64,000 nucleotides of DNA from Candidatus Gastranaerophilales bacterium (GTDB lineage Bacteria > Cyanobacteriota > Vampirovibrionia > Gastranaerophilales > Gastranaerophilaceae), in NCBI GenBank assembly GCA_944323995.1, contig CALUUN010000006.1, positions 2,807 through 66,806 on the forward strand. The letters are read 5' to 3'. Shown here piece after piece: positions 53,263 to 63,147 of this stretch. The position numbers were made by a program, and so were the translations under genes. The notes beneath the pieces were generated by a model, which was not told the DNA's origin, ran no database searches, and was given only the letters and a program-made list of their open reading frames with translations. The first letter of the stretch is position 1. Every line of letters begins with the position of its first letter.

Positions 53263-53925
53263 TTATTTTGTAACCGGAAAGATAATTTCAAATTCGGTTA
53301 ATTTTCCGGTGGATTTGTTGAGTTTAAGAACCGCGTTCTGCGCTTCAAGGTTGGATTTGCAAATGTGCAGCCCGAGCCCGCTTCCGGTGTTTTTGGTTGT
53401 AAATCCTTCTTTGAAGATTTCTTTTTGCTTTTCAGGTGAAATCATTTTGCCGTTATTGGATATTTTTAAATGAGCGGCGCTGCCTTTGACCTCGGCTATT
53501 ACATTTATTTCTCCCTTAATTTCAATCGCTTCTGTTGCATTTTTGATTATGTTAACCATACAGGCAAGAAATTTATTCGTGTCTGCAAAAATTATGCATG
53601 AATTTTTTATAAGGCAGGTGATTTTTATATCCTTTCCTGCAGTATATGCCTCAGCAAGTCTTACGCCTTCTTCAACCAGATTTTTAAAATCGCAGTTCTG
53701 CATTGATAAGTTGTTTGCGGCTTTTAAATCAATCAGTGAATTCCCGATTATTTTGAGTGACTTTTTAATACATTCAATTGCGTTTTCTACGGAATCGTTT
53801 TTGTAACCGTCACGATCCAAATTTTTACGCAAAATTTCGGTGTACATTTCACATATTGAAACGTGGTTTCTGATTTCATGTGAAACACATCTTGTCTGCA
53901 GTTTTATTAATTCGGAATCGTTCAT
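53263..53925 (-). CDS. cytoplasmic sensor histidine kinase (HisKA + HATPase_c, no TM or sensor domain)
   Basis: H-box VSHEIRNHVSI, N-box IIKNATEA, and G-boxes FTTKNTGSGLGLHICK. Confidence 0.8.
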   Translation of the reverse strand: MNDSELIKLQTRCVSHEIRNHVSICEMYTEILRKNLDRDGYKNDSVENAIECIKKSLKIIGNSLIDLKAANNLSMQNCDFKNLVEEGVRLAEAYTAGKDIKITCLIKNSCIIFADTNKFLACMVNIIKNATEAIEIKGEINVIAEVKGSAAHLKISNNGKMISPEKQKEIFKEGFTTKNTGSGLGLHICKSNLEAQNAVLKLNKSTGKLTEFEIIFPVTK

Positions 53926-53993
53926 TTATGCCTTTCTTAATAATAAGGTTCAGCCGTGCGGCTGAACCTTAAGCCCTCTCTACTTTATGTTTA

Positions 53994-54692
53994 TTAAACA
54001 GCCATTTTTACGCGTCTTTTGTTTGCAAAACCGTTGTTCAATGCGTATAAAACAGCTTGTGTTCTGTCATTTACCTGAAGTTTTTGGAAAATATTGTTAA
54101 CGTGTGTTTTAACTGTAGTTTCCGATATAAATAATTTTCCTGCAATGCCCTTATAGTTATTACCCTGTGTGAGCAAATCAAGAACTTCTTCTTCTCTTGC
54201 AGTGAGATATGTAAGCAGGTTTTCGGAATCTGATGCGGCAGTTTCTTCTTTGAATGATTTTTGGAAGTAGTCAAAGAATCTTGAAGAAAGTGCTGACGGC
54301 AGATAAACTTTACCGGCTGCAACCTCATCTATTGCGTAAATAAGCTGTGCTGATGCCATGGTTTTTAAAATATAACCTTTTGCGCCCAGCTTCATAGCAC
54401 GGAAAATTAAATCTGAATCATCATATCCGCTGAGTGCAATTACTCTTGTGTTTAATCCTAACTTTTCAATATCCTGAATTGCCTGCAAGCCGTCTTTTTC
54501 CGGCATGTTGATGTCCATCAGAACAATATCGGGATGATATTTTTTTACCAGACTGATACCGATATTTGCGCTTGTTGTTGCACCTACAACGTCATAATTG
54601 CTTTCAAGTGAAATTAATTCTTTCACGCCTCTTAAATGATCCGCGTTATCATCAATCAGTAACACTCTCAATTTACTTCTGAACTCTCTCAT
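53994..54692 (-). CDS. NarL/LuxR-family response regulator
   Basis: MREFRSKLRVLLIDDNADHL receiver domain (DIVLMDINMP) plus the LuxR HTH LTAREEEVLDLLTQGNNYKGIAGKLFISETTVKTHVNNIFQKL. GGGGAG lies upstream of 54692. Confidence 0.85.
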   Translation of the reverse strand: MREFRSKLRVLLIDDNADHLRGVKELISLESNYDVVGATTSANIGISLVKKYHPDIVLMDINMPEKDGLQAIQDIEKLGLNTRVIALSGYDDSDLIFRAMKLGAKGYILKTMASAQLIYAIDEVAAGKVYLPSALSSRFFDYFQKSFKEETAASDSENLLTYLTAREEEVLDLLTQGNNYKGIAGKLFISETTVKTHVNNIFQKLQVNDRTQAVLYALNNGFANKRRVKMAV

Positions 54693-54949
54693 TTTATCTC
54701 CCCTTATTTTTGTAACCTTCAACTACACTTTATATACTACTATTTTTAGAGGGGGTTATTCATCCATGCCCCGATTGATATTGAAGTCATGGCGGTTTGA
54801 GAATTTGGCGTACATCTTTGGATTGATATTTTGCCTCAACCATGCTCTAGACCATGATTTGCGGCATGGTTGATTTTTTTGTAAATATTTTTCTGTTACA
54901 TTTTTTGATGTAGAACAATTGTGGTATAATTCTTGACAGGGAGAATGTG

Positions 54950-55987
54950 ATGGAAATATTGATATTTATCGGAGGATTTATTTTAGGTGCGGTATGTGTT
55001 TTCGTACCTTTTACCCTTGCGCAGAAAAATACGCAGGCAAATTTTGAAAATATAGCGAACAGAATTTTCAAAGAAAGTTCTGCCGAATTATCTTCTCAAA
55101 ACCGAGAGAAGCTGGATGAGTTTTTCAAGCGTTTTAAAGAAAGAATTGAGGATTTTGAGCGCAGAACTGAAGAAAATTTTAAACAGGAAAAAGAAAACTT
55201 TACGGTATTTGATTTGAATATTAAAAATTTTCTTGAAACCGGTAAAAAGATTTCAATGGATGCAAATTCTCTTGTAAACGTTATGAAATCCGACAACAGA
55301 TCTTCCGGCAAGTGGGGCGAAATCGTTCTGGAAAGAGTTCTTGAGGCTTCAGGTTTGAGAAAAGACGAAGAATATAAAGTTCAGGCCGGATCATCCGAAG
55401 GACGTCCGGATGCCACCGTTTTTCTGCCGGATGACAGATGTATATATATAGATTCAAAAACTTCTTTTGCATCCTGGGAAGGATATGTTAATTCCGATAA
55501 CGAATATGAAAAAGATGTGCATTTAAAACAGTTCATTGATTCTACAAAGGCTCATATCACGGGACTTGCAAAACGTGATTATTCGGCCGATGAAAAATCT
55601 CCTGATTATGTTTTGATGTTTATTCCGATAGAAAGCTGTTATGCAATGCTTTTCTGTGATGATTGCGCTCTGTGGGATTACGCTTGGAAAAACAAAATAA
55701 TGCCGGTATCTCCGTCAACCTTGCTTGCTGCTTTAAAAATCATAAATTCTTTCCACGTTGTTGACAGACAGAATAAAAACGCGCTTGAAATATCAAGAAT
55801 TTGTTCCAAAATGATTGACAAATTTTCCGATCTTCTCGGAGATATGAATAAGATTAAAACAGCCTTTAATTCGGCAGTTACGCGTTTGAGCGGAAAAGAC
55901 AACATAATAAACCAGCTTACGCGTATTGAAGAACTCGGTGTAAAAGGTTCAAAAAATATGCCGGAACTTCCGGAATCTATTGAGTAG
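54950..55987 (+). CDS. rmuC: DNA recombination protein RmuC
   Basis: N-terminal TM helix, a coiled coil, GKWGEIVLERVLEASGLRKDEEYKVQ and PDYVLMFIPIES. Confidence 0.85.
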   Translation: MEILIFIGGFILGAVCVFVPFTLAQKNTQANFENIANRIFKESSAELSSQNREKLDEFFKRFKERIEDFERRTEENFKQEKENFTVFDLNIKNFLETGKKISMDANSLVNVMKSDNRSSGKWGEIVLERVLEASGLRKDEEYKVQAGSSEGRPDATVFLPDDRCIYIDSKTSFASWEGYVNSDNEYEKDVHLKQFIDSTKAHITGLAKRDYSADEKSPDYVLMFIPIESCYAMLFCDDCALWDYAWKNKIMPVSPSTLLAALKIINSFHVVDRQNKNALEISRICSKMIDKFSDLLGDMNKIKTAFNSAVTRLSGKDNIINQLTRIEELGVKGSKNMPELPESIE

Positions 55988-58376
55988 ATAGTTGAGTTTC
56001 CGAAGATTTTTTGTATTTTTTGGTTAATCTGTCAAAAGTAAAAATTTCAAAATCTTGACCGCGCGTTGTGATTTTTATTGAATTGTGCCGGTCGGTTCTG
56101 TAAATCAGCGTGTTCCTTAAAATATCAAGGGTGCTTTTGTTCGGATGTCCGAAAGTGTTCGGGCCGGTCGAGATTATCGAAACTTTACTGTTAAGATGTT
56201 CAAGCATGGACTTGTTGACCACGTTTCTGCCGCCGTGGTGTCCCGCTTTTAAAACTTCAATATTGTGAGGAATATCTTGTTTAATCCTTTCAAACGCCTG
56301 TATTCCCGCATCACCCATAAACAACATATCAAAATCTTTGCAGCTTAAAAGAGTTATTATTGAATTTTCGTTGTCATTATCTTTAATTCCGGCGATGAAA
56401 GTTTTTATGAAAAGATTGTTTTCTTTATATATTTCGGAATTATTTGCGGCAAGGTGCGTTTTGATGTTTTTCTCCTTAATTGTGTTAAAAATTTTATTCA
56501 CGGTGTAGGTGTCTTTATCAAAAGAATTTACGTAAATGTTTTTTATGTTAAGTTCGTTCATTAAATCGACCGCGCCTCCGGCATGGTCAAGGTCAAAGTG
56601 CGTCAGAATCATTCCTTCAATATTTTTGATTCCGCGATCTTTCAGATATTTTGCGATAACCAGTTTTGCGGTTGAGGCACTGCTTTTGTAGCTTAATTTT
56701 GCGGTATCAATTATAAAATATTTATTTTCCGGCGTTTTTATGAGAAAAGCATCGGCATTTCCGACATCAAAGGTTATAATTTCAAGTTTGTTATTCGGAA
56801 TATTTATTGTTGAAATAAGCAGTATAATTACCGCAGAAAGAGCGGTTAAAATAATTTTCTTATTGAGCCCGATTTCAATTAAAACGGTTATTAAGAGAAT
56901 TATAAAATAGTAAATGAGAATTTGGATAATATTCGGATGTGTTGTCTGCAAAAGTGAATCAGGCAGCTTTGCAAAATAGTTTGAAATTATAACAACAGCA
57001 TCCAGAGCGTATTTCAAAACAAAATCAAACACCATGCATACAAAATCCGCAACCGGCTGAATTGCGGCCAGAATTGAACTTACAAAACCGCCGAAACTTA
57101 TAATGCTCAAAAACGGTACGGTCAGTATATTTGCTAAAATTGAATAGGTGCTGAAAGTATTAAAATAAAACATTTGTATCGGCGCAACCCAGATTTGTGC
57201 AATCACCGGAATTATCACCGCACCCGTAAGCCATTCGGGCAGATTTAGTGAATTTAGCCGGTTGAATATTACCATTCCGGTTGTCAAAAGTCCGAAAGTT
57301 ACTATAAACGAAAGCTGAAAACCCACATCATTCAAATATGCCGGATTGTAAAGAAGCATTAAAAATGCCACAAAAGATAATAATGAAACACTGTGTGCGT
57401 CACGGTCTATCAGTTTTCCGGCCTGAATAAACAAAAGCATAAGCGCCGCCCTTAAAACAGACGGCCCGAGTCCGGTCATCAAAGTGTAAAGAATTACCAT
57501 AATCATTCCGCCGGTTATGTTAATTCTGTATGGAACTTTGAAAAACCTCATTATAAAGAACCAGAATCCGAAAATAAAGGCAACGTTCATACCCGATGCC
57601 GCAAGTATATGTAAAAGTCCGGAATTTATAAAATCGGCTTTTATGTAATCAGGCGGTGCAACCGCATCGTCGCCGAATACAATTCCGCCGAGAATTTCCA
57701 GATTCGGTGTTTTTAAATATTTTGCATGGCTTTCAAGTATTCTGTTTCTGACCTCGTTCAAACCGCGCATAAATTTCCAGCGCAATGTAAGATTGCTTTC
57801 CAGAATTTTGCAGTCTGTTTTGTCCGCGTACAAAGTAGTAAACACGTTGAAATTTCTTAGATATTTGCTGTAATCAAATTGGGAAGGGTTTCCGGCTATA
57901 AAAGGCTGCCGCAGTTTCCCTTGAATTGAAACATTATCCCCGATGTTAAGTTTGCCGAAATCATCGTTGTTGTTATCGGTTATTGTTACGTAGGTTTTTG
58001 CATTCAAAGATGTTTCGCCTGCCTTGTTTACGTCTAAAAAGAAACGAATTCGGCCTTTTGTGTATTCCGGAATTGAAACAATTTGTCCGGTGATTTCGGT
58101 ATCAACGGGCGCCAGAGGGTAGAGTTCATCTGTTGTGTTTATTCTGAAATACGAATTGAAAAATCCCAGATAAAATATAAACAGCCAGAAAAAGATGTAT
58201 TTTGCCGGAATTCTTCTAAGTAAAATTAACGTCATACCGGCCAGAGTAAAAATTGCAGCAACGGCAATCCCGCAGTCGTTAAAATACGACATTATACCTG
58301 CCATAAATATAAATGATGTTATAAACATTACGGAATTTTTATTCTGTAATGCAGAATTTATGTATTCACTAATCAT
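55977..58376 (-). CDS. comEC: DNA internalization-related competence protein ComEC/Rec2
   Basis: 799 aa with a multi-pass competence domain plus a C-terminal metallo-beta-lactamase fold (THFDLDHAGG, KAGHHG). Confidence 0.85.
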   Translation of the reverse strand: MISEYINSALQNKNSVMFITSFIFMAGIMSYFNDCGIAVAAIFTLAGMTLILLRRIPAKYIFFWLFIFYLGFFNSYFRINTTDELYPLAPVDTEITGQIVSIPEYTKGRIRFFLDVNKAGETSLNAKTYVTITDNNNDDFGKLNIGDNVSIQGKLRQPFIAGNPSQFDYSKYLRNFNVFTTLYADKTDCKILESNLTLRWKFMRGLNEVRNRILESHAKYLKTPNLEILGGIVFGDDAVAPPDYIKADFINSGLLHILAASGMNVAFIFGFWFFIMRFFKVPYRINITGGMIMVILYTLMTGLGPSVLRAALMLLFIQAGKLIDRDAHSVSLLSFVAFLMLLYNPAYLNDVGFQLSFIVTFGLLTTGMVIFNRLNSLNLPEWLTGAVIIPVIAQIWVAPIQMFYFNTFSTYSILANILTVPFLSIISFGGFVSSILAAIQPVADFVCMVFDFVLKYALDAVVIISNYFAKLPDSLLQTTHPNIIQILIYYFIILLITVLIEIGLNKKIILTALSAVIILLISTINIPNNKLEIITFDVGNADAFLIKTPENKYFIIDTAKLSYKSSASTAKLVIAKYLKDRGIKNIEGMILTHFDLDHAGGAVDLMNELNIKNIYVNSFDKDTYTVNKIFNTIKEKNIKTHLAANNSEIYKENNLFIKTFIAGIKDNDNENSIITLLSCKDFDMLFMGDAGIQAFERIKQDIPHNIEVLKAGHHGGRNVVNKSMLEHLNSKVSIISTGPNTFGHPNKSTLDILRNTLIYRTDRHNSIKITTRGQDFEIFTFDRLTKKYKKSSETQLSTQ

Positions 58377-58403
58377 TCCAACAAACGGATTATATCATGG
58401 ATT

Positions 58404-60206
58404 TTAATTTTTTTCCCAGAATTTCCAGAAACTTTTTTTCTTTTTTTCGGGTTTAGGCGGTTCGGGTTTTGTATATTTAAATGCGCTTTCACTCAGCATT
58501 TTTGTGTATTTTTCGGTTGTATGCGCGTAATCAAACAGTATAACTCCGTTTGATTTTAATTTTCTTGTTTCGTGGATTTGCCTTACAAGATCTTCGTTAG
58601 AACCTCCCATAAAGGTTACGAAAATTCCCGCAAAAATATCTGTTTTGCCGCCTTTTATCTTCATGACATCATCCATCATTTCCGCAACCGTTTTGGGATC
58701 ATAAGTCAAAAACAGAGGTGTAAATCCGTCTACAAAATCCCTTTTTGACCATGTTCTCCAATCCTGCTGTTTTGTATTAAGCGCGCTTTCAATATCGGGG
58801 AAAATTACGGTTGTCATATATACGCCGTGATTACGTCCGAGAGTTCCCGCTTTTGCCACAAAATTGGTTATCTGTTCGCGGCGGTATTCTTCCCATTTGT
58901 CCCACATATTGCCGTTTAGTTTAAGATTAACCGGATCTGTTTTGTACATATCTTTAAAGTCATTTCTTGCATACGGTGTATAACCCCAGCTTCCAGCCTC
59001 GTTTTTCGAAACAGCCTGAGGGTATCTTATATAATCAAGATTAATCCCGTCCGGTTTATAAGTGCACATGATTTCTTCCAGTAATTTTAACAGAAATTCC
59101 TGCACTTTCGGGTTAGCGGGATCAAGAAAATAACCGTTGTGTTCCGATTTAGAACTTGTAGGCGCCGGATTTTTATAATTTTCTTTTGTTTTGTTGCCCC
59201 ATTCCGGATGTACCGCAAGAATACTTTTTGCATACGGAGGTGTGTTGCCTACATAGAAAGACTGGAACCAGATATGAACTTTCATATTGCGCTTATGAGC
59301 TTCTGTTATCCATATTTTTAAGGGATCAAAAGTTGCAAATTGTTCATTTTGAATTATGAAACCGTAATCGCGCATTGTTTTGCTCGGGAAAATCGTTTTT
59401 CCGTGGTAAAAAGTTTCCAGAAAGACGTTATCAATGCCGGTTTCGTGCATTTTATCAAGTGCTGAAATTATCTGAGTTTCGTTTGTCTGGGTCGGTCTTA
59501 TCCAGACACCTTTTGTTTCCTCCTGTATGTACGGCAATACTGTGCCGAGTGCAAGATTTGTTTCATCCACTGCGAGTTTGGAATATTTTTTTACGCGTTC
59601 TTGATCTTCAAGGTCTTTGCGGGCTTTTTTCAGATATTCCTGCGCGGTGTTTATGTGTTTTGTCGGAACTTTTGTGTTGTAGCAGGGAATTTTCCCTTTA
59701 TAGTAATCCATCATGGATTTTGTTTCGGCGATTTTGTTTTCTGCCTCAAACATGTAACTTTCAGAGGTTGTGTATACGTTTAAAGTGTTGGTTTCTTTAT
59801 CTATATAAACTTTTGTGCCGATTGTTATGTTTTTATTCATCCATAATTTTGCATTTCCGTGCCCGCTTATTACAATTCCGTCGGGAGGTATGAATGAATT
59901 TGCACCGCTGATTATCGTCACAATATTATTTTGTACGATTGCTTCGGTGCCGTATTCGTTAGTGTTTGTTCTTTCACCGAATGCAGGTGTATAGATTACC
60001 AGCTGATTAGGGCCTCTGCCTCCCGGGAAAATACTTCCCTGCGCATTATTTTGAGGCGATGGGTCAGTAATATCGGTTTTTCGGGATGCGTTTAAAAACA
60101 CGACTTCCTGTCTGGAAAATTTTACCGGTTCATAAATGTCAGATGCGTATGCGCATTGTGTAAGTGATAAAATTATTGCAGCTGTCGTAAGATATTTTTT
60201 CTTCAT
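58404..60206 (-). CDS. secreted glycoside-hydrolase-like family 10 (GHL10/YngK-type) protein
   Basis: Signal peptide MKKKYLTTAAIILSLTQCAYA. DNVFLETFYHGKTIFPS, HIWFQSF and GINLDYIRYP. Confidence 0.6.
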   Translation of the reverse strand: MKKKYLTTAAIILSLTQCAYASDIYEPVKFSRQEVVFLNASRKTDITDPSPQNNAQGSIFPGGRGPNQLVIYTPAFGERTNTNEYGTEAIVQNNIVTIISGANSFIPPDGIVISGHGNAKLWMNKNITIGTKVYIDKETNTLNVYTTSESYMFEAENKIAETKSMMDYYKGKIPCYNTKVPTKHINTAQEYLKKARKDLEDQERVKKYSKLAVDETNLALGTVLPYIQEETKGVWIRPTQTNETQIISALDKMHETGIDNVFLETFYHGKTIFPSKTMRDYGFIIQNEQFATFDPLKIWITEAHKRNMKVHIWFQSFYVGNTPPYAKSILAVHPEWGNKTKENYKNPAPTSSKSEHNGYFLDPANPKVQEFLLKLLEEIMCTYKPDGINLDYIRYPQAVSKNEAGSWGYTPYARNDFKDMYKTDPVNLKLNGNMWDKWEEYRREQITNFVAKAGTLGRNHGVYMTTVIFPDIESALNTKQQDWRTWSKRDFVDGFTPLFLTYDPKTVAEMMDDVMKIKGGKTDIFAGIFVTFMGGSNEDLVRQIHETRKLKSNGVILFDYAHTTEKYTKMLSESAFKYTKPEPPKPEKKKKSFWKFWEKN

Positions 60207-60208
60207 CC

Positions 60209-60844
60209 CTATTTCCTGATAAAGTGGTAGTATTCGGATTGGTCATAATTCAGTGAATCTATCTGCAAAATTTTATCCTGCAGGTTTGTTTTTGAATTAT
60301 CCATGGAATAAGCCTTTTCATAATAATACTTTGCTTTCGATAAATCTGCAAATTTTTCATATATCGTAGCAATTTTGTAATTCAAATCGTAATAATCCCG
60401 GTATCCGTTGTTGTATGCAATTCTGAAATATCTCAGAGCGCGTTTAAAATCGCGTCTTTTGTAATAGAAATCTCCGAGATAGTAATTAAGATACGGATCT
60501 TTTCTGTTTATATCAAGGCAAATGTTGAAATATTCTTTTGCGAACCGGTCAAGTTTCTTTTCGTCATAAGTTCTTGCAAGCTGAACCATCGGATAAATTT
60601 CCAGCGGAAAAACTTTTGTGACAAGGTAATAATTTCCCATTGCGGTATTCAAAAACTTTTTGTCGCCGGTTGTTTCGTACTGTTCAAAAAATGAATCCGC
60701 ATCGGTCAGAATTTTATTTGCGTCCAGAACGGAATAATCAATCAAGTTTTCTTCAAATTTGACCGAGCCTTTTTCGACCGCAAAAACAGGCGTAATTATT
60801 ATACATAATAAAGCAAACAGAGATGCAAATTTTTTACAGATCAT
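60209..60844 (-). CDS. TPR-repeat protein with signal peptide
   Basis: YYLGDFYYKRRDFKRALRYFRIAY and YEKFADLSKAKYYYEKAY TPR-like repeats. Confidence 0.6.
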   Translation of the reverse strand: MICKKFASLFALLCIIITPVFAVEKGSVKFEENLIDYSVLDANKILTDADSFFEQYETTGDKKFLNTAMGNYYLVTKVFPLEIYPMVQLARTYDEKKLDRFAKEYFNICLDINRKDPYLNYYLGDFYYKRRDFKRALRYFRIAYNNGYRDYYDLNYKIATIYEKFADLSKAKYYYEKAYSMDNSKTNLQDKILQIDSLNYDQSEYYHFIRK

Positions 60845-61163
60845 CTACGTGCGGGTTAGGTTTGGAATCGTGACGCATAAATGAACCGTCATCAAGCGCC
60901 GGATCAAAGTAAATAAATATTTTTCTTACGAATTTGACAAACTTGTTGTCGTTTGCGTGTTTTGCATTATCGACAGTCACATATTCTTCTCCGTTTGCAC
61001 CTGCTTTTGTCATCTGAACCATTTCAACAATGGAATTTGAGTGGCCGTGATTTCTCAAATATTCCGGAGAAGTCGCTTCGGCAGGAGTTATTTCGGCTAA
61101 CGCCGGATATGCCGCAAATGCGAGAGTTAATGCTGTCAATAAAAATTTTATTTTCATATACAC
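60834..61163 (-). CDS. small secreted hypothetical protein
   Basis: Signal peptide MYMKIKFLLTALTLAFAAYPALA. 109 aa. Confidence 0.5.
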   Translation of the reverse strand: MYMKIKFLLTALTLAFAAYPALAEITPAEATSPEYLRNHGHSNSIVEMVQMTKAGANGEEYVTVDNAKHANDNKFVKFVRKIFIYFDPALDDGSFMRHDSKPNPHVDDL

Positions 61164-61237
61164 CTCTGTTTGGTAATATTATATATATTTTTTCCGCTCA
61201 ATACAAATATATTATATTTTTGTTACACTTGCATGTA

Positions 61238-62293
61238 TTATTCGTATGATTTTATTATAATTTCTTCCAATTTTTCCAGAAGTTGATTTTCGGGAACCTT
61301 TGCGATAATTTCGCCTTTTTTAAAAATATACCCTTCATTTATTCCGCCTGCTATTCCAAAATCCGCATGTCGTGCTTCTCCGGGGCCGTTTACGGCACAG
61401 CCCATAGTTGCAATTGTAATCGGTTTGTCAAGATTTTTGAACTTTTCTTCGACTTTTTTTGCAAGGCTTATTAAATCAATTTGAGTTCTTCCGCAGGTCG
61501 GACAGGAAACGAAATTCACGCCGCGCGCTCTCAAATTGAGGCTTTTTAAAATATCAAAACCTGCGGTAACTTCTTCTTTCGGATTTTCGGTTAAAGAAAC
61601 TCTAATGGTATCTCCGATACCTTCCGCAAGAAGTGTTCCGAGGCCTATTGCGGATTTGATTATTCCGCCGCGCATTGTGCCGGCTTCGGTTACTCCGAGG
61701 TGAAGCGGGTAGGGAATTTTTTCGGCAATTGAACGGTAGGCGTCTATTGTTGTCATGACGTCAGAAGATTTCAGAGAAACTTTTATCAAATCAAAATCCA
61801 AATCTTCCAGAATTTTTATATGTTTCAGGGCGCTTTCAACCATTTTTTCGGAAAGCGGAATATCTTTTTCCTGAAGTTCTTTTTCCAAAGATCCGGCATT
61901 TACGCCTATTCTTATCGGAATTTGCTGCTGTTTGGCAAGCGATACGACTTTTTCCATGTTTTCGCGTCTGCCGATATTTCCGGGATTTAATCTGAGTGCG
62001 TCTATTCCGTTATTTATACACCGTATTGCAAGTCTATAGTCAAAATGGATATCCGCAACAAGCGGAAGCGGAGATTTTTTAACTATCTCTTTTATTGCAT
62101 CTGCGGCATCTTTATTTAAGACCGCAAGCCTTGCAATTTCGCAGCCGGCGTCTGCAAGTTCGCGTATTTGATTTAAAGTTGCGTTTACATCCCGTGTATC
62201 CGTATTGCACATTGATTGCACGCTGACAGGTGCATCACCGCCGATTTTTACATCACCGATTTTAATTTGTTTGGAATTGCGTCTTTTCATCAT
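61238..62293 (-). CDS. ispG: 4-hydroxy-3-methylbut-2-en-1-yl diphosphate synthase (flavodoxin)
   Basis: IKIGDVKIGGDAPVSVQSMCNTDT ... RINPGNIG-type block LRLNPGNIG ... SCPTCGR. Confidence 0.95.
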   Translation of the reverse strand: MMKRRNSKQIKIGDVKIGGDAPVSVQSMCNTDTRDVNATLNQIRELADAGCEIARLAVLNKDAADAIKEIVKKSPLPLVADIHFDYRLAIRCINNGIDALRLNPGNIGRRENMEKVVSLAKQQQIPIRIGVNAGSLEKELQEKDIPLSEKMVESALKHIKILEDLDFDLIKVSLKSSDVMTTIDAYRSIAEKIPYPLHLGVTEAGTMRGGIIKSAIGLGTLLAEGIGDTIRVSLTENPKEEVTAGFDILKSLNLRARGVNFVSCPTCGRTQIDLISLAKKVEEKFKNLDKPITIATMGCAVNGPGEARHADFGIAGGINEGYIFKKGEIIAKVPENQLLEKLEEIIIKSYE

Positions 62294-62354
62294 GATTTAT
62301 ATTTTAAACCAAAAAACTTTTTTGTGTTATATTAAATAAAAAAGGAGAATTTAT

Positions 62355-63086
62355 ATGCGAGCAGCTGTAATATCGGATATTCACGCAAATTTCATTGCGT
62401 TGCAGGAGGTTATGAAAGATATTGAACGTGAGGGATGCGAAAAAATTTTCTGCCTCGGAGATTTGATTCTGGCGGGCCCTCAGCCGAGAATGACTATTGA
62501 TTTTGTGAAAGATCAAAATTGGACAATTATTCAGGGCAACACTGATAAACTTATTTCTGATTTCGGCCCTGAGGTTATTGAAATGATGAAAGAAAAATAT
62601 CCGATTATGGCGAATGCAATTGTTGATGATATGTTCTATGTTGAGGAAGAAAGAAGAAACTTTTTGAACAGCCTTCCGCCGCAGCTTGAACTTGAAATTG
62701 AGGGTGTCAGGGTTTTGCTTGTTCACGGTTCGCCCAGAGCAAATAATGAAGATATTCTTCCCGAAAGACCAATTGAAGAAATTGAAGAAATAATTAAAGG
62801 TGTTGACGCAGATTTGATTCTGTGCGGGCACACACATGTTCCCTGCGGATATCAGACAAATAACAAGCAGACAGTGGTAAATGTCGGAAGTGTGGGCCGC
62901 CCGATGACACCGACACCGCTTGCGTGTTATGCGGTTATTGATTTTGAGAACGGGATGTTTAACATAAGACACAAATTTGTTGATTATGATAAAGAAACAG
63001 CGGCAGATTTAATCAGAGCAAGAAATTTTGACGGCGCGGATAAACTTGCCGAACTTCTTATCAATCCTGTTCAGCGCCACGTTTAG
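62355..63086 (+). CDS. metallophosphoesterase family protein (YfcE/MJ0936-like)
   Basis: AVISDIHAN, LGDLI, LVHGSP and CGHTHVP metal-binding motifs. Confidence 0.85.
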   Translation: MRAAVISDIHANFIALQEVMKDIEREGCEKIFCLGDLILAGPQPRMTIDFVKDQNWTIIQGNTDKLISDFGPEVIEMMKEKYPIMANAIVDDMFYVEEERRNFLNSLPPQLELEIEGVRVLLVHGSPRANNEDILPERPIEEIEEIIKGVDADLILCGHTHVPCGYQTNNKQTVVNVGSVGRPMTPTPLACYAVIDFENGMFNIRHKFVDYDKETAADLIRARNFDGADKLAELLINPVQRHV

Positions 63087-63147
63087 TTGTAATTTTTATT
63101 TTTGTGGTATAGTGTCTTTACGAGGATTTTTTTGAAAGAAGATTTTT

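Noticed and set aside
59375-59893. 172-aa plus-strand ORF inside the GHL10-like gene
   Set aside because: It is antisense to a 600-aa gene with clear family motifs. Its peptide is Cys/Leu/Phe/Arg-rich with no start context.
62304-62972. 222-aa minus-strand ORF
   Set aside because: It is antisense to the well-supported metallophosphoesterase gene (62355-63086). Its sequence is low-complexity and N/F/I-rich with no motifs. It is a typical shadow ORF in AT-rich DNA.
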